Shown here piece after piece: positions 10,172 through 19,855 of a stretch of DNA of 64,000 nucleotides. Below the pieces are notes generated by a model, which saw only the letters and a program-made list of their open reading frames with translations, did not search any database and was not told the DNA's origin. Source of the stretch: an uncultured Methylomirabilota bacterium (lineage in GTDB: Bacteria; Methylomirabilota; Methylomirabilia; Methylomirabilales; 2-02-FULL-66-22); the NCBI GenBank assembly GCA_963705305.1, contig OY970067.1, forward strand, positions 4,576,001-4,640,000. The letters are read 5' to 3'. Position numbers and translations under genes: made by a program. The first letter of the stretch is position 1. Every line of letters starts with the position of its first letter.

Positions 10172-10978
10172 CTACCGAGCAAACGTCCAGGCCGGATCTT
10201 CGTATCGGCAGCGGGCCAGCCGATCGGCTTCCGCCAGCTCTGCCGGCGTCAGGACACCCGGCATAGGATCGCTGCCGATCGTCTCCCCCCACCCGGCCGT
10301 CAGGGCCTGCTCGATCTTAGTCAGCGGAGGGGGCTCGCCCAAGAGGCTGGCAAGGCTGGTGACGGGGGGCGGCTCCGACCGCGGCCAGCCGGGAAACACC
10401 GTCTCCAGGAGCTCGCGGTCGACATCCAGCAGTAAGGAGCCGTGCTGCAGAACCGATCCTTCCCAGCGACGCTGAGCCGATCCGACCAGCTTACGCCGGT
10501 TCGCCAGAATCGCGGGCATACGCGGCTGCAGGAAGCAGGCCGCGCTATGGGACCCTTCCCCCCTCACCGGCTCCGCATCTCCCAAGGTTGCGTCGACCCC
10601 GAGGTGACGGAGTCCCGCCAGGAGTGCGCGGCAGATGCGCGTGAAGGTCTCGGGGATGGAAAGGCCCTTCCAGGATCCCGCCAGGGGGAGAGCCACGCTG
10701 TACGTCAGCTCATGGGCATGCAACACGGCCCGCCCCCCCGTGATGCGCCGCACCACAGGCACGTTCAGCCGCCGGCAGGCCCCGACATCCACCCCCGCCT
10801 GCGTTCGCTGGAGATAGCCGAGAGAAACCGTGGGAGCGGCCCACCGATAGAGGCGAAACGTCGGGGGCGCCTGCCCCTCCGCCACCTCGCGGACAATCGC
10901 CTCGTCCACGGCCATGTTCCACGCGCCCCCTGCGGGGCCGTGGCGAAGGAGCCGCCAGGGACTGTCGACATCACGCAT
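10172..10978 (-). CDS. Lipoate-protein ligase / octanoyltransferase (LplA/LipM family)
   Basis: WNMAVDEA, VVRRITGGRAVLH, KLVGSAQ, LQHGS. Confidence 0.9.
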   Translation of the reverse strand: MRDVDSPWRLLRHGPAGGAWNMAVDEAIVREVAEGQAPPTFRLYRWAAPTVSLGYLQRTQAGVDVGACRRLNVPVVRRITGGRAVLHAHELTYSVALPLAGSWKGLSIPETFTRICRALLAGLRHLGVDATLGDAEPVRGEGSHSAACFLQPRMPAILANRRKLVGSAQRRWEGSVLQHGSLLLDVDRELLETVFPGWPRSEPPPVTSLASLLGEPPPLTKIEQALTAGWGETIGSDPMPGVLTPAELAEADRLARCRYEDPAWTFAR

Positions 10979-11114
10979 GGCACGGCCCGGGGGGCGGGAG
11001 GCTTCCGGTCGGCCCGCGATCCTCGCCCGCGGCGGCCGTTGTCGGCGCTCGCGTGCCAGACGTGTCGGAATGCGCTAACGGATTTTCCGGCGTCAACCTC
11101 GACCGGCCCGCCAT

Positions 11115-11397
11115 TTATTCAGGCTCTCCAAAGCGGGAGGCGACGAGAATCGGCAATGACCTGGATAGCCTCGGCGGCATCCGCACCCACTGCGCGCAAT
11201 TTCAATACTGTGCCCTGGGCGGCCGCCAGCATTAGCAGACCCATGATGCTCTTCCCGTTCACCCGTTGCGATCCCAGCTCCACCGTGATCTCGGCGCGAT
11301 ACCCGCTCGCTCTCTTTACGAACTGAGCCGCCGCCCGGGCGTGCAGCCCCAGCCGGTTCCGGATGAGGACCTCTCGGGTCACCGCTGGCCCTCTCAT
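11115..11397 (-). CDS. ptsH: Phosphocarrier protein HPr (apparent +1 frameshift near 11148)
   Basis: IRNRLGLHARAAA (His15), VNGKSIMGLLML (Ser46). Removing one base at 11148/9 restores the typical C-terminus IADLVASRFGEPE*. Confidence 0.9.
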
Positions 11398-11632
11398 GGC
11401 ATCCCGCCTCCGCTTCCGACAGCTTGAGGTTCGCACGGGTGCGGCGAGCCGGCTCCCCGGGTCCCTTTCCCGGCCAGCTCGGGCGACAGCCCCTTCGGCG
11501 AGAACGTCCCGGGGGCGCGGCTCGGCCGGACTGGGACCCCCGCGGCCGGCACCGCGGCCAGGTCGAGCGTCAGGCGTGGGGAGATCGCCCATGCCTGCGG
11601 CCGATCGCAAACATGGTCGGGAATGCTCCGGG

Positions 11633-12058
11633 TTAGCGCCCGGGGGCCGTCGGCTTGCCCTGCTTGGCAAGAAATTCGCTGGCCACCAGAATATTGCGCT
11701 GGCCATACTTGGCAAGCTTGTCGGCCAGCGTCCGGATATCCCGCTCGTCCCGAAGCGAGGGGAGCTTCATGAGCATCGGGAGGTTCACACCCGTCACCAC
11801 TTCTATGCGACCGGCTTCGAGGTAGGACAGAACAAGATTGGACGGCGTTCCTCCGAACAGGTCAGTGAGGATGAGCACCCCGCTGCCATCGTCCACTTGT
11901 TGGAGGACGGTTTCAATCTTCTTCCGAACCTTCTCGATCTGCTCGGAAGCTTGGATGGAGACCGCCTCCACTCGGGGGAGCTTCCCCACAATCTCCTGCG
12001 CAGTGCGCAAAAGCTCCGTCCCCAGGTCGGCGTGGGTGACAATCACGATGCCGATCAT
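11633..12058 (-). CDS. PTS EIIA component, mannose/fructose family
   Basis: MIGIVIVTHA, LILTDLFGGTPSN, VTGVNLPML. Confidence 0.92.
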   Translation of the reverse strand: MIGIVIVTHADLGTELLRTAQEIVGKLPRVEAVSIQASEQIEKVRKKIETVLQQVDDGSGVLILTDLFGGTPSNLVLSYLEAGRIEVVTGVNLPMLMKLPSLRDERDIRTLADKLAKYGQRNILVASEFLAKQGKPTAPGR

Positions 12059-12062
12059 GGCC

Positions 12063-12929
12063 CTAGTCCCGCTCTATGTCGCGGTGGCGCACCGACACCA
12101 CGTGACCCGTCGCGCGCAGTCGGCAGGTCAACTCCTCGACCAGCACCACCGAGCGATGCCGGCCGCCGGTGCAGCCGATCGCGATGGTCAAGTAGGCTTT
12201 TCCCTCCTGCACGTAGAGAGGCAGTGCAAAGGTCAGGAAATCTTGAATTCTCTCCAGGAATGCCCGTGCCTGGGGAAAACCCAGCACGTACTCCTTCACC
12301 GGGACAGCGGTGCCCGTCAGCGGCCGCAGGCTGTCCACGAAGTGCGGGTTGGGCAGGCAGCGGGCGTCGAACACGAGATCCGCATCCACCGGCAGGCCGT
12401 GCCGATAGCCAAAGGACACCAGGGTGAAGACCGTCTCGGTCGGCGCCGGCAGGTCCAGAAACGAGGTGGCCAGGAGCTTGCGGAACTCATGTACGGTAAA
12501 GCCGGATGTATCGATAACCAGATTCGCCTCGGCCTTAAGTCTGGACAGGAGCGCCCGTTCCGCCCGGATCCCGTCCAACGCCGATCCGCCGGGGGCCAGC
12601 GGGTGCGGTCGCCGGCTCTCACTGAAGCGACGCACGAGGACCTCGTCCCCGGCATCCAGAAAGACCATGCGGACCCGGTGGCCGTCCCTGCGGAGCCCCG
12701 CCAGGATATCGTTCAGGGCATCGAGAAAGCGCCCTTCCCGGGCGTCGACGACCAGCGCAACGCGCTCGATCCGCTTCTCGGATTGGGCGCACAATTCCCC
12801 AACCTTTGGAATCAGGGCAGGCGGCAGATTGTCGATGCAGAAAAATCCGAGATCCTCAAGCGCCCGGCTGGCGGCGGTCTTGCCCGCCCCGGACATTCCT
12901 GTGATGACGATGAAATCAATCCCCGTCAT
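12063..12929 (-). CDS. rapZ: RNase adapter RapZ (YvcJ family P-loop protein)
   Basis: ITGMSGAGKT, FCIDNLP, RRFSESRRPHPL, SFGYRHG, IGCTGGRHRSV. Confidence 0.95.
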   Translation of the reverse strand: MTGIDFIVITGMSGAGKTAASRALEDLGFFCIDNLPPALIPKVGELCAQSEKRIERVALVVDAREGRFLDALNDILAGLRRDGHRVRMVFLDAGDEVLVRRFSESRRPHPLAPGGSALDGIRAERALLSRLKAEANLVIDTSGFTVHEFRKLLATSFLDLPAPTETVFTLVSFGYRHGLPVDADLVFDARCLPNPHFVDSLRPLTGTAVPVKEYVLGFPQARAFLERIQDFLTFALPLYVQEGKAYLTIAIGCTGGRHRSVVLVEELTCRLRATGHVVSVRHRDIERD

Positions 12930-12989
12930 CGCCGCACCGCCTCCACACCGCACACGCTCCCCGCGTGCCGCATGGGGATGGCCACGCTC

Positions 12990-13583
12990 CTACTCCGTAT
13001 CCTCGCGGCTGAAGCCGGCAAGGTCGCTGCCCGGAAATCCGCCGTCCGGCTGGGTCAGTTGGGCGGTCAGATTGCGCGCCGCATGGACTCCCATGAGCTT
13101 GAGGAGATGGTTGCGGGCCGCCACTTCCACCAGGATGGCAATGTTCCGACCCGCCGACACCGGAATTCTCAGCATCGGGATCTCGACCCCGAGGATGGCG
13201 TAGACCTGCTGCTCCAAACCCAGTCGGTCGTACTCCGCTTCGGGACGCCAGGGCTCGAGGAGCACGACGAGCTCGATCCGCTTGCGGAAGCGGATCGCCG
13301 CCACCCCGAACAGGTCGCGGATGTTGATGATCCCCAGTCCCCGGATCTCCATGTGGTGGCGGATGCGGGCGGGGCCCCACCCGATCAGGAGGGACTGACC
13401 GTCGCGCGCCACCTCGACCACATCGTCGGCGACCAGCCGGTGCCCCCGGGTGACGAGATCCAGCGCGCACTCGCTCTTGCCCGTCCCGCTCTCGCCCAAC
13501 AGCAAAACCCCGATGCCGTAGACATCCACCAGGTCGCCGTGGAGCGTCGTCGCCGGCTGAGAGGTCTCGTCCACCATCCTCAC
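12990..13583 (-). CDS. hprK: HPr kinase/phosphorylase, catalytic domain only
   Basis: GVLLLGESGTGKSECALDL, HRLVADD, HHMEIRGLGIIN, GRNIAILVEVAARN. GTG start overlaps the hpf stop; the N-terminal domain is absent. Confidence 0.9.
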   Translation of the reverse strand: MRMVDETSQPATTLHGDLVDVYGIGVLLLGESGTGKSECALDLVTRGHRLVADDVVEVARDGQSLLIGWGPARIRHHMEIRGLGIINIRDLFGVAAIRFRKRIELVVLLEPWRPEAEYDRLGLEQQVYAILGVEIPMLRIPVSAGRNIAILVEVAARNHLLKLMGVHAARNLTAQLTQPDGGFPGSDLAGFSREDTE

Positions 13584-14107
13584 GCCCCGGGTTCAATCAG
13601 GCCGTAGTTTCCGTCGCGGCGGCGATAGAGCACATTCACCTCGTCCGTGCGCGCGTTCCGGAAGACGTAGAAGCTGTGGCCCAGGAGGTTCATCTGGAGG
13701 ATGGCCTCCTCCACCTCGGCGGGCTTGACCGCAAATCGCTTCGTTTTGACTACTGCCGGCTCATCCTCGGCCGCCTCGTTCGTGCCGGGCAGGTCCGCCT
13801 GCCGGATGCCTCCCCGCCCCTCGTGGGCAACGATCCGCTCCTTGTAGCGCAGGATCTGCCGCTCCAGCTTTTCCACGACGAGGTCGATCGACGAGTAGAG
13901 GTCCTGGGTACTCTCCTCCGCCCGGATGGTGAGATCCCGGACGCGCAGGGTGACCTCGGCGATCTGCCGGTGCTTCGCGACGGAGAGAACCACGTGGGCT
14001 GCGACGATGTTCCCCAGGTACTTGGTCAGCCGGCCCAGCTTTTCTTCTGCATACGTGCGGAGGGCGTCCGTGATCTCCAGATTGCGCCCACTCAGGGATA
14101 GCTGCAT
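13580..14107 (-). CDS. hpf: Ribosome hibernation promoting factor (long HPF)
   Basis: GRNLEITDALRTY, DLYSSID...KLERQ, C-terminal EEAILQMNLLGHSFYVFRN...VLYRRRDGNYGLIEP. Confidence 0.95.
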   Translation of the reverse strand: MQLSLSGRNLEITDALRTYAEEKLGRLTKYLGNIVAAHVVLSVAKHRQIAEVTLRVRDLTIRAEESTQDLYSSIDLVVEKLERQILRYKERIVAHEGRGGIRQADLPGTNEAAEDEPAVVKTKRFAVKPAEVEEAILQMNLLGHSFYVFRNARTDEVNVLYRRRDGNYGLIEPGA

Positions 14108-14218
14108 GGCTGCGCTCCTTCCGCTGATTGTGGGTCTGCGGGGTGCCGCTGCCTCTCGAACTCCCGACAGCTAGCCGGCGGACAGAGGACCCTCGGCCTG
14201 CCGGTGCGAACCAACGAA

Positions 14219-14390
14219 CAGGGTACTGAAAAACCCGCTTTCCCCAGGCTGCCCAAAAAGGTCCAGATGCAAGGCGGCGCGCCGGGTACCCATCCGTGAG
14301 GATGGGTGCAGACGCGAGCCGTACTTACGGGTACGTCGCAGCGTCGCGAGAGCGTGCCAACGCGGCAGATGGGCCTTTTTCAGCAGCCTG
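14219..14390. repeat. MITE-like inverted-repeat element, copy 1
   Basis: Ends CAGGCTGCCCAAAAAGGTCCAGATGC ... GCAGATGGGCCTTTTTCAGCAGCCTG, plus an outer degenerate end at 14219. Similar copies at 35476 and 54289. Abuts the rpoN stop codon. Confidence 0.85.
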
Positions 14391-15827
14391 CTAATACCGT
14401 TTCCGCCGGCTCGAAGAGGGGATCTTCAGCTGGCTTCGATACTTGGCCACGGTCCGCCGGGCGATCTCCACTCCGTGCTGTCGTCGCAAGATCTCGACGA
14501 TCTTCTGGTCGGAGAGCGGGCGTCCGCTGTCCTCGACCGTCAGGAGCTTGTGGATCAAATCCTTGACCTTCAGCGACGAAACGGCGTCTCCCCCGGTGCT
14601 GGGGACGCCGCGATGGAAGAAATATTTCAACTCGAACAGGCCTTGCGGGGTGTGGATGTACTTGTTGGTGGTGACGCGGCTGACGGTGGACTCGTGCATG
14701 CCGATGTCCTCCGCCACCTCTTTCAGGGTCAGCGGCCGCAGGGCGGTAATACCCTTCTCCAGAAACTCCCGCTGGAATTTCACCAGGCTGGTGGCGACCT
14801 TGTACATCGTTCGCTGCCGCTGCTCGATGCTCCGGATCAGCCAGAGAGCCGACCGCATACGCCCCTCGACATACTCCCGCACCTCCTGCGCATTTCCGGT
14901 CTTGTCGGCGAGGATGGAGCGATAGTAAGGGCTGATGCGCAGGCGGGGCAGTCCTTCATCGTTCAGCAGCACCATGAACTCATCGTCAACCTTGACGATA
15001 TAGACATCGGGGGTGATGTAACGGGGATCCTCCGTCCCGAAGGTCCGTCCAGGCTTCGGTTCGAGGCTGGCGATGTACTCGACGGCCTCCTGGACCTCCT
15101 TCACCGGAACGCCGAGTTTAGTCGCCAGCTTGTCCCAATGCCGCCCCTCCAGCTCCGGCAGATGGGCGGAGATCAGCTCTTTGGCCAGCGGCTGAGGATC
15201 GGACCGCCCTTCCAACTGCAGCAGCAGGCATTCCCGCAGGTCGCGCGCTCCGACGCCGGTCGGCTCGAAGGATTGCACCAGGCGGAGCGCCGCTTCCAGC
15301 GCTGGCAGGAGGGCGCCTGCCCCGGTGGCGAGGGTCTCCAGCGACTCCTTGAGGTATCCCGACTCGTCCAGATTTCCGATGATGACGGTCCCCAGCCGAA
15401 GGAGGTCGGGGTCGGAGGTGCTCAGGTGCAGCTGAAAGAGCAGGTGATCGATGAGCGACCGCGGCTTGGTCAGGTGCATCTCTGCGTCGAGGTGCTCGAT
15501 CTCTTCGCGCGGGATCTGGGGGCGGTAATCCGAGGCGTCCTGGAGGTAGCTGTCCCAGTCGAAGTCGTCGATGCGATCCCGCCCGGCGTCTTCGGCCTGT
15601 TCCGCGTCGGATCGCTCTCGCTCCGACGTCTCCTGGTCGAGGCTCAGCTGCGGCTCCTCCACCTCCTCCAGAGTTTCCTCCAGGACCGGATTCAGCTCCA
15701 GCTGCTGGCGGAGCTCCTGCAAGAGCTCGAGTCGCGACAACTGCAGCAGGCTGATCGCCTGCTGCAGCATCGGCGTCATGATCATCCGCTGCGTCTGGAG
15801 CAGCCGGAGCTTCGCGTCAAAGGCCAT
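14391..15827 (-). CDS. rpoN: RNA polymerase sigma-54 factor
   Basis: MTPMLQQAISLLQL, GVGARDLRECL, HESTVSR, RpoN box ARRTVAKYR. Confidence 0.98.
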   Translation of the reverse strand: MAFDAKLRLLQTQRMIMTPMLQQAISLLQLSRLELLQELRQQLELNPVLEETLEEVEEPQLSLDQETSERERSDAEQAEDAGRDRIDDFDWDSYLQDASDYRPQIPREEIEHLDAEMHLTKPRSLIDHLLFQLHLSTSDPDLLRLGTVIIGNLDESGYLKESLETLATGAGALLPALEAALRLVQSFEPTGVGARDLRECLLLQLEGRSDPQPLAKELISAHLPELEGRHWDKLATKLGVPVKEVQEAVEYIASLEPKPGRTFGTEDPRYITPDVYIVKVDDEFMVLLNDEGLPRLRISPYYRSILADKTGNAQEVREYVEGRMRSALWLIRSIEQRQRTMYKVATSLVKFQREFLEKGITALRPLTLKEVAEDIGMHESTVSRVTTNKYIHTPQGLFELKYFFHRGVPSTGGDAVSSLKVKDLIHKLLTVEDSGRPLSDQKIVEILRRQHGVEIARRTVAKYRSQLKIPSSSRRKRY

Positions 15828-15847
15828 GAACTCGCGCCGTCCTCAGC

Positions 15848-16594
15848 CTACAGGGAGAACCGCTGTCCGAGGTAGATCTCGCGGGCGCGCTCGTCGGCCG
15901 CTAGCTCGGCCGCCGTCCCGGAGAGCAGGACCTGCCCCTCATGGATGATATAGGCCCGGTCCACGATCTGCAAGGTCTCCCGGACATTGTGGTCGGTGAT
16001 GAGCACCCCGATGCCTCGATCCTTGAGCTGCTCGATGATCCCCTGGATATCATACACTGCGATCGGGTCGATCCCGGCGAAGGGCTCGTCCAGGAGGATG
16101 AACGAGGGGTCGGTGGCCAGAGCCCGTGTGATCTCCACGCGCCTCCGCTCCCCCCCCGAGAGCGTGTAGGCGCGGCTGGCCGCCAGGTGGGCGATGTTGA
16201 GGTCTCGCAGCAGGGCGTGCGCCCGGTCCGCCCGTTCCTCGGCCGAGATGCCTCTCGCCTCAAGAATAGCCAGGATGTTCTCCTCCACGCTCAGTTTGCG
16301 AAAGATGGAGGGCTCTTGTGGGAGGAATCCGATGCCGCGGCGAGCCCGCTGGTGCACGGGCAGATTGGTAATCTCCTCCCCGTTCAGCAGTACCCGGCCG
16401 GAGTCGGGACGGGTCAGGCCCAGGACCATGTAGAATGCGGTGGTCTTGCCTGCGCCGTTCGGCCCCAGCAGGCCCACGATCTCGCCAGCATCCAGCGCCA
16501 GGCTGAGATCCGAGACGACCACCCGCTTCTTGTACGCTTTGACCAGCTTCTCGGCCCGCAGGCTTCGTCCCTGCCCGTTCTCGGTCACGGCCAT
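15848..16594 (-). CDS. lptB: LPS export ABC transporter ATP-binding protein
   Basis: [53 protein letters not shown]. Confidence 0.96.
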   Translation of the reverse strand: MAVTENGQGRSLRAEKLVKAYKKRVVVSDLSLALDAGEIVGLLGPNGAGKTTAFYMVLGLTRPDSGRVLLNGEEITNLPVHQRARRGIGFLPQEPSIFRKLSVEENILAILEARGISAEERADRAHALLRDLNIAHLAASRAYTLSGGERRRVEITRALATDPSFILLDEPFAGIDPIAVYDIQGIIEQLKDRGIGVLITDHNVRETLQIVDRAYIIHEGQVLLSGTAAELAADERAREIYLGQRFSL

Positions 16595-16604
16595 CCGGAC
16601 ACCC

Positions 16605-17123
16605 TCACCGCGCCTGCTTGCCGGGGGGAGCGTCGCCATTCTGTTTCGGATAGAGGACCGCATTGACGCGCTCTCCCTCGCACCCCTCCACGTGGCTCCG
16701 GTCCTCCCGCAGCAACAGGGTGATCTTGCAGCCCGTCACCACATCGCTGTCCTGCCACACCCTCGGATGTCCGATCAGAACGGTTCGGGATTCCTTGGGG
16801 AAATACTCGGCTTGGTCCGCCACACCACGCCGATCGCCGTAGGAGATGCGGACGTTGCCCGAGGCCAGCGCCCGCTCCACCTCCTGCATCTGGTCATCAA
16901 AGAAGAACTCGATCTGCTCTGCCAGGATGGTGAGACCGCGCCCCTTGTCGTCGGCGACGACGTTCCCCCGGTAGATCGCCACGTGCTCTTTCTGATCCAC
17001 CTCGAGGTTGTCGGATGAAATCGTGATCGGTGAAAGCGCCGGCGTTGGTTCGGCCGCCCGACAGGGGTGGGGAAGCACGGCGACCAGTCCCAGCACCACC
17101 AGCCACCACCGGACCTGCCTCAT
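16605..17123 (-). CDS. lptA: LPS transport periplasmic protein LptA
   Basis: Signal peptide, [23 protein letters not shown]; lies between lptC and lptB. Confidence 0.85.
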   Translation of the reverse strand: MRQVRWWLVVLGLVAVLPHPCRAAEPTPALSPITISSDNLEVDQKEHVAIYRGNVVADDKGRGLTILAEQIEFFFDDQMQEVERALASGNVRISYGDRRGVADQAEYFPKESRTVLIGHPRVWQDSDVVTGCKITLLLREDRSHVEGCEGERVNAVLYPKQNGDAPPGKQAR

Positions 17124-17719
17124 GGATGCGTACTCCTTCTCTGCTGCGATATCGGTGCCGCCGATCCAGCCACCCGCGAAGTGATGTTCTTGAGAATTCG
17201 GGCGCGCTCGAGAGTCGTCTCCGCCTCCATGCCGCGCCCCCGGCTGGACAAGCTTCCCCGGGTCAGGGTCACGGGCTGATCCGTGAGGAGAACCCGCGAG
17301 GCGGCGATCCAGCGGAGCTTCTCCGTCTGCAGCTCCGTGCCCTGGTCCGACCGGGCGTGCACCCGCCCCTCGAGCGTAACGTCCTTCGTCTGGAGATCCA
17401 CCGTGACATGATCAGCCGTGCACGTCAGTTCGCCCTGCTGCGAATAGAGGATGATCTGGATGGGATGCGTGACCCGGGACAGCACCGAGTACCCCTGCTG
17501 CTCGTGCACTTCGGCGCGATCCGCTCGCACCTCCCACAATTTCTTCCCTTCGCGGGTCTCGATCATATGGATCTGTTGGAGCGTAACTTCCGGAGGGACA
17601 CTCCTGGGGGGGTTCTGGGCTGCCCCTGAGGCTGTTCCGGGGGCCCCAGGGCCGAGCGCAGCGACCATCAGGAGACCCAGGACCGACCAAACCCGGCGCC
17701 GCAACCACCACATGTCCAT
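17120..17719 (-). CDS. lptC: LPS export periplasmic protein LptC
   Basis: N-terminal hydrophobic segment, WEVRADRA, LQTEKLRW, TDQPVTL, GRGMEA; upstream of lptA. Start approximate. Confidence 0.8.
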   Translation of the reverse strand: MDMWWLRRRVWSVLGLLMVAALGPGAPGTASGAAQNPPRSVPPEVTLQQIHMIETREGKKLWEVRADRAEVHEQQGYSVLSRVTHPIQIILYSQQGELTCTADHVTVDLQTKDVTLEGRVHARSDQGTELQTEKLRWIAASRVLLTDQPVTLTRGSLSSRGRGMEAETTLERARILKNITSRVAGSAAPISQQRRSTHP

Positions 17720-17835
17720 TATGCTATAACACACTGACACAGGAGATGTAAATTGGAAAGAGGAGAGCGGCGGCACCATGCGTTGAGGCCCGACGTTCCG
17801 GGCTTCCCCTGCGGCGCCTGCCGGGATGCGGCGGC

Positions 17836-19320
17836 TCATTCGCCGGTTGATTCCGGTGACTCCCGCTCCCGGGAATCAAGGAGGAGCGTCTTCCGCTGTG
17901 CAAACGCCCCGGGATCCCGGGGCGTGACGTCACCCCACGCCCCGCGGCCCTGCCCGGTCGCCGAAGCCGGTCCTCGCTCCTCCTCGGATGTCGTGGGGCG
18001 ATTCAGGCAGACCACACCGGCCGCCAGCCGGTCTGCAACGCGAAGGCCCTTCTGCAGATCGCGGGTATAGATGGCCACACAAGAATCGGTCCGCGTTCGG
18101 TTGGCGAGATCGACGGCCTCCTCCGGGGAGCCCACCGCCGCGACAGCGGCCAGCGGTCCAGGGACGTCTTCCTGCGCAAGGCGCATCTTCGCCTGTACAT
18201 CCAAGAAGAGTGTGGCGGGATAGTAGAAGCCTTTGCGATACTCCCCTTCCCGCAGGACCTCCCCCCCGCACACTACCCTGGCGCCTTCCTTCAGCGCCAG
18301 CCGCGTGGATGCGTGCACCCGCTTCACCTGCGCCTCGTTGATCAGCGGGCCGACGCTCGTGTCCGCGAGCGCACCGTCACCGCAACGCAGCGCTTGGGCT
18401 TCCTTGGCCAGTCTCTCTACAAACTCCTTTGCCACCTTGCGATGCACCAGTAGGCGAGAGGACGAGGCGGCGCACTGGCCGGAGGTTCTGAAGGCGCTGC
18501 GGATGGCCCCCATCACGGCCGCCTCCACATCCGCGTCCTCCAGAACCAGAAAGGCGTTCTTGCCTCCCACCGCCAACAGCAGCCGCTTTTGTTCCGCCGC
18601 ACACGCGATGGCCACCTCGCGCCCGACCTCCGCAGATCCGACGAAAGAGACGAGAGAGACCTCGGGATGGCGCACGAGGGGCGCCCCTGCCTCTTCCCCA
18701 ACTCCATGGACGAGCTGGAGAACCGCCGCAGGCAGACCGGCCTCGAGAAAGAGCTCCACCGCGCGCGCGGCCACCATCGGACTATCCTTGGCCGGCTTGA
18801 ATACCACGGTATTCCCGACGACCAGGGCCGAGGCGATGGTGGCGATCGGGATTGCCATGGGCCGAACCCAAGGGGTGATGACGGCGACCACTCCCCGGGC
18901 CACCTGAAGATTGAGCCGCAGACCGCCCGTCGAGTCCAAGGTGGTCGCTTCGCCCGCGAGGTGCTGTCCTAGGACGCCCAGGGAGTTGAGGACACCGACT
19001 GCCTCCTGGACCTCCTCCATCGCTTCCGCGAGAATCTTCCCCGTCTCTCGTGTGATCAGCCGCGCGGTCTCCTCGCACCGCCCCCCCAGGAGCGCCGCAG
19101 CGCGAAACAGGATATCCGCCCGACGAAAGGGCGGGGTCAGTCGCCACGCCGGGAAATTCGCCCTGGCCGCCTCCGCGGCCCTGTCCACGTCCCGATGGTC
19201 CGAACGCGGGAAGCTGCCCAGGATGTCGGTCTTGTTGGCCGGGCTCAAATCGTCGTAGGTCGCACCGCTCGCCGATGCCACCCACTTCCCGTTTATGAAA
19301 TTTTCCGTGGGCTCAGCCAT
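17836..19320 (-). CDS. Aldehyde dehydrogenase-family protein with degenerate catalytic motifs
   Basis: NFINGKWV, GNTVVFKPA, GGKNA, GPLIN are present, but ITPWVRP, LAVGGKN, TSGQCAA and QEDVPGP replace PWNFP, LELGGKN, GQxC and EEIFGP. Confidence 0.85.
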   Translation of the reverse strand: MAEPTENFINGKWVASASGATYDDLSPANKTDILGSFPRSDHRDVDRAAEAARANFPAWRLTPPFRRADILFRAAALLGGRCEETARLITRETGKILAEAMEEVQEAVGVLNSLGVLGQHLAGEATTLDSTGGLRLNLQVARGVVAVITPWVRPMAIPIATIASALVVGNTVVFKPAKDSPMVAARAVELFLEAGLPAAVLQLVHGVGEEAGAPLVRHPEVSLVSFVGSAEVGREVAIACAAEQKRLLLAVGGKNAFLVLEDADVEAAVMGAIRSAFRTSGQCAASSSRLLVHRKVAKEFVERLAKEAQALRCGDGALADTSVGPLINEAQVKRVHASTRLALKEGARVVCGGEVLREGEYRKGFYYPATLFLDVQAKMRLAQEDVPGPLAAVAAVGSPEEAVDLANRTRTDSCVAIYTRDLQKGLRVADRLAAGVVCLNRPTTSEEERGPASATGQGRGAWGDVTPRDPGAFAQRKTLLLDSRERESPESTGE

Positions 19321-19704
19321 CTTTCTTCCGTTCCCCTAAAGACGAAGATCGGCCGGGGAGGGGATCTCCACAATACTCTGGTTCCCACGACGGGAAGCAT
19401 CTCAGCCCCGGTGACACCCGCCGCCCGTCCTTCGGGGGCCACGCTCGGTGAAAAGGAGGGACCCATGGGGAGGCTCCCATGGGCGGTATCGATGAAGGTG
19501 AATCCCGAAGAATCTTTCGAGGGGGAGAATACCACAGCGCTGGACACAGTCGCAATGACGAAGCATGCAACCTGCGAACCAAACTGGACTACAAAAACAT
19601 GTCAAAATACTTTATATTTTCTCTCCAATCCTCATTGAAAACGAGTAAAACAAATTATACATTCTTTCCTTGACGACTCCGATTCATATGAATAATATGA
19701 GTGC

Positions 19705-19728
19705 CGCTGGGGGGTGCCGCCCCCAGCG
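19705..19728. terminator. GC-rich hairpin downstream of the micro-ORFs
   Basis: CGCTGGGGG-GTGCCG-CCCCCAGCG, a 9-bp stem about 15 nt after the stop at 19744. No clear U-tract. Confidence 0.45.
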
Positions 19729-19743
19729 TTCAACTGTCCGTAC

Positions 19744-19797
19744 TTACTTCTTTTTCTTCGGAGCAGCCTTCTTAGCGGGCTTCTTCTTCGTCGCCAC
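19744..19797 (-). CDS. 17-aa lysine-rich micropeptide MATKKKPAKKAAPKKKK
   Basis: SD GGAGGTGA 6 nt before GTG; TAA stop; H1-like PAKK/AAPKK content. Confidence 0.65.
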   Translation of the reverse strand: MATKKKPAKKAAPKKKK

Positions 19798-19855
19798 TAG
19801 AATCACCTCCCTTCTTGTGGCTGTCTACGTTCCACCATACCACCCGGTGATTAGC

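Noticed and set aside
11115..11397. ptsH (and the ABC binding protein, fabF and HEPN genes) as true pseudogenes or programmed frameshifts
   Set aside because: Each has a single extra base in a shared motif context, no slippery run and no other decay; sequencing error is more likely, though unproven.
11398..11632. N-terminal extension of HPr or a separate small gene
   Set aside because: Low-complexity GC-rich translation with no motif; HPr has its own SD (GGAGG) before ATG 11397.
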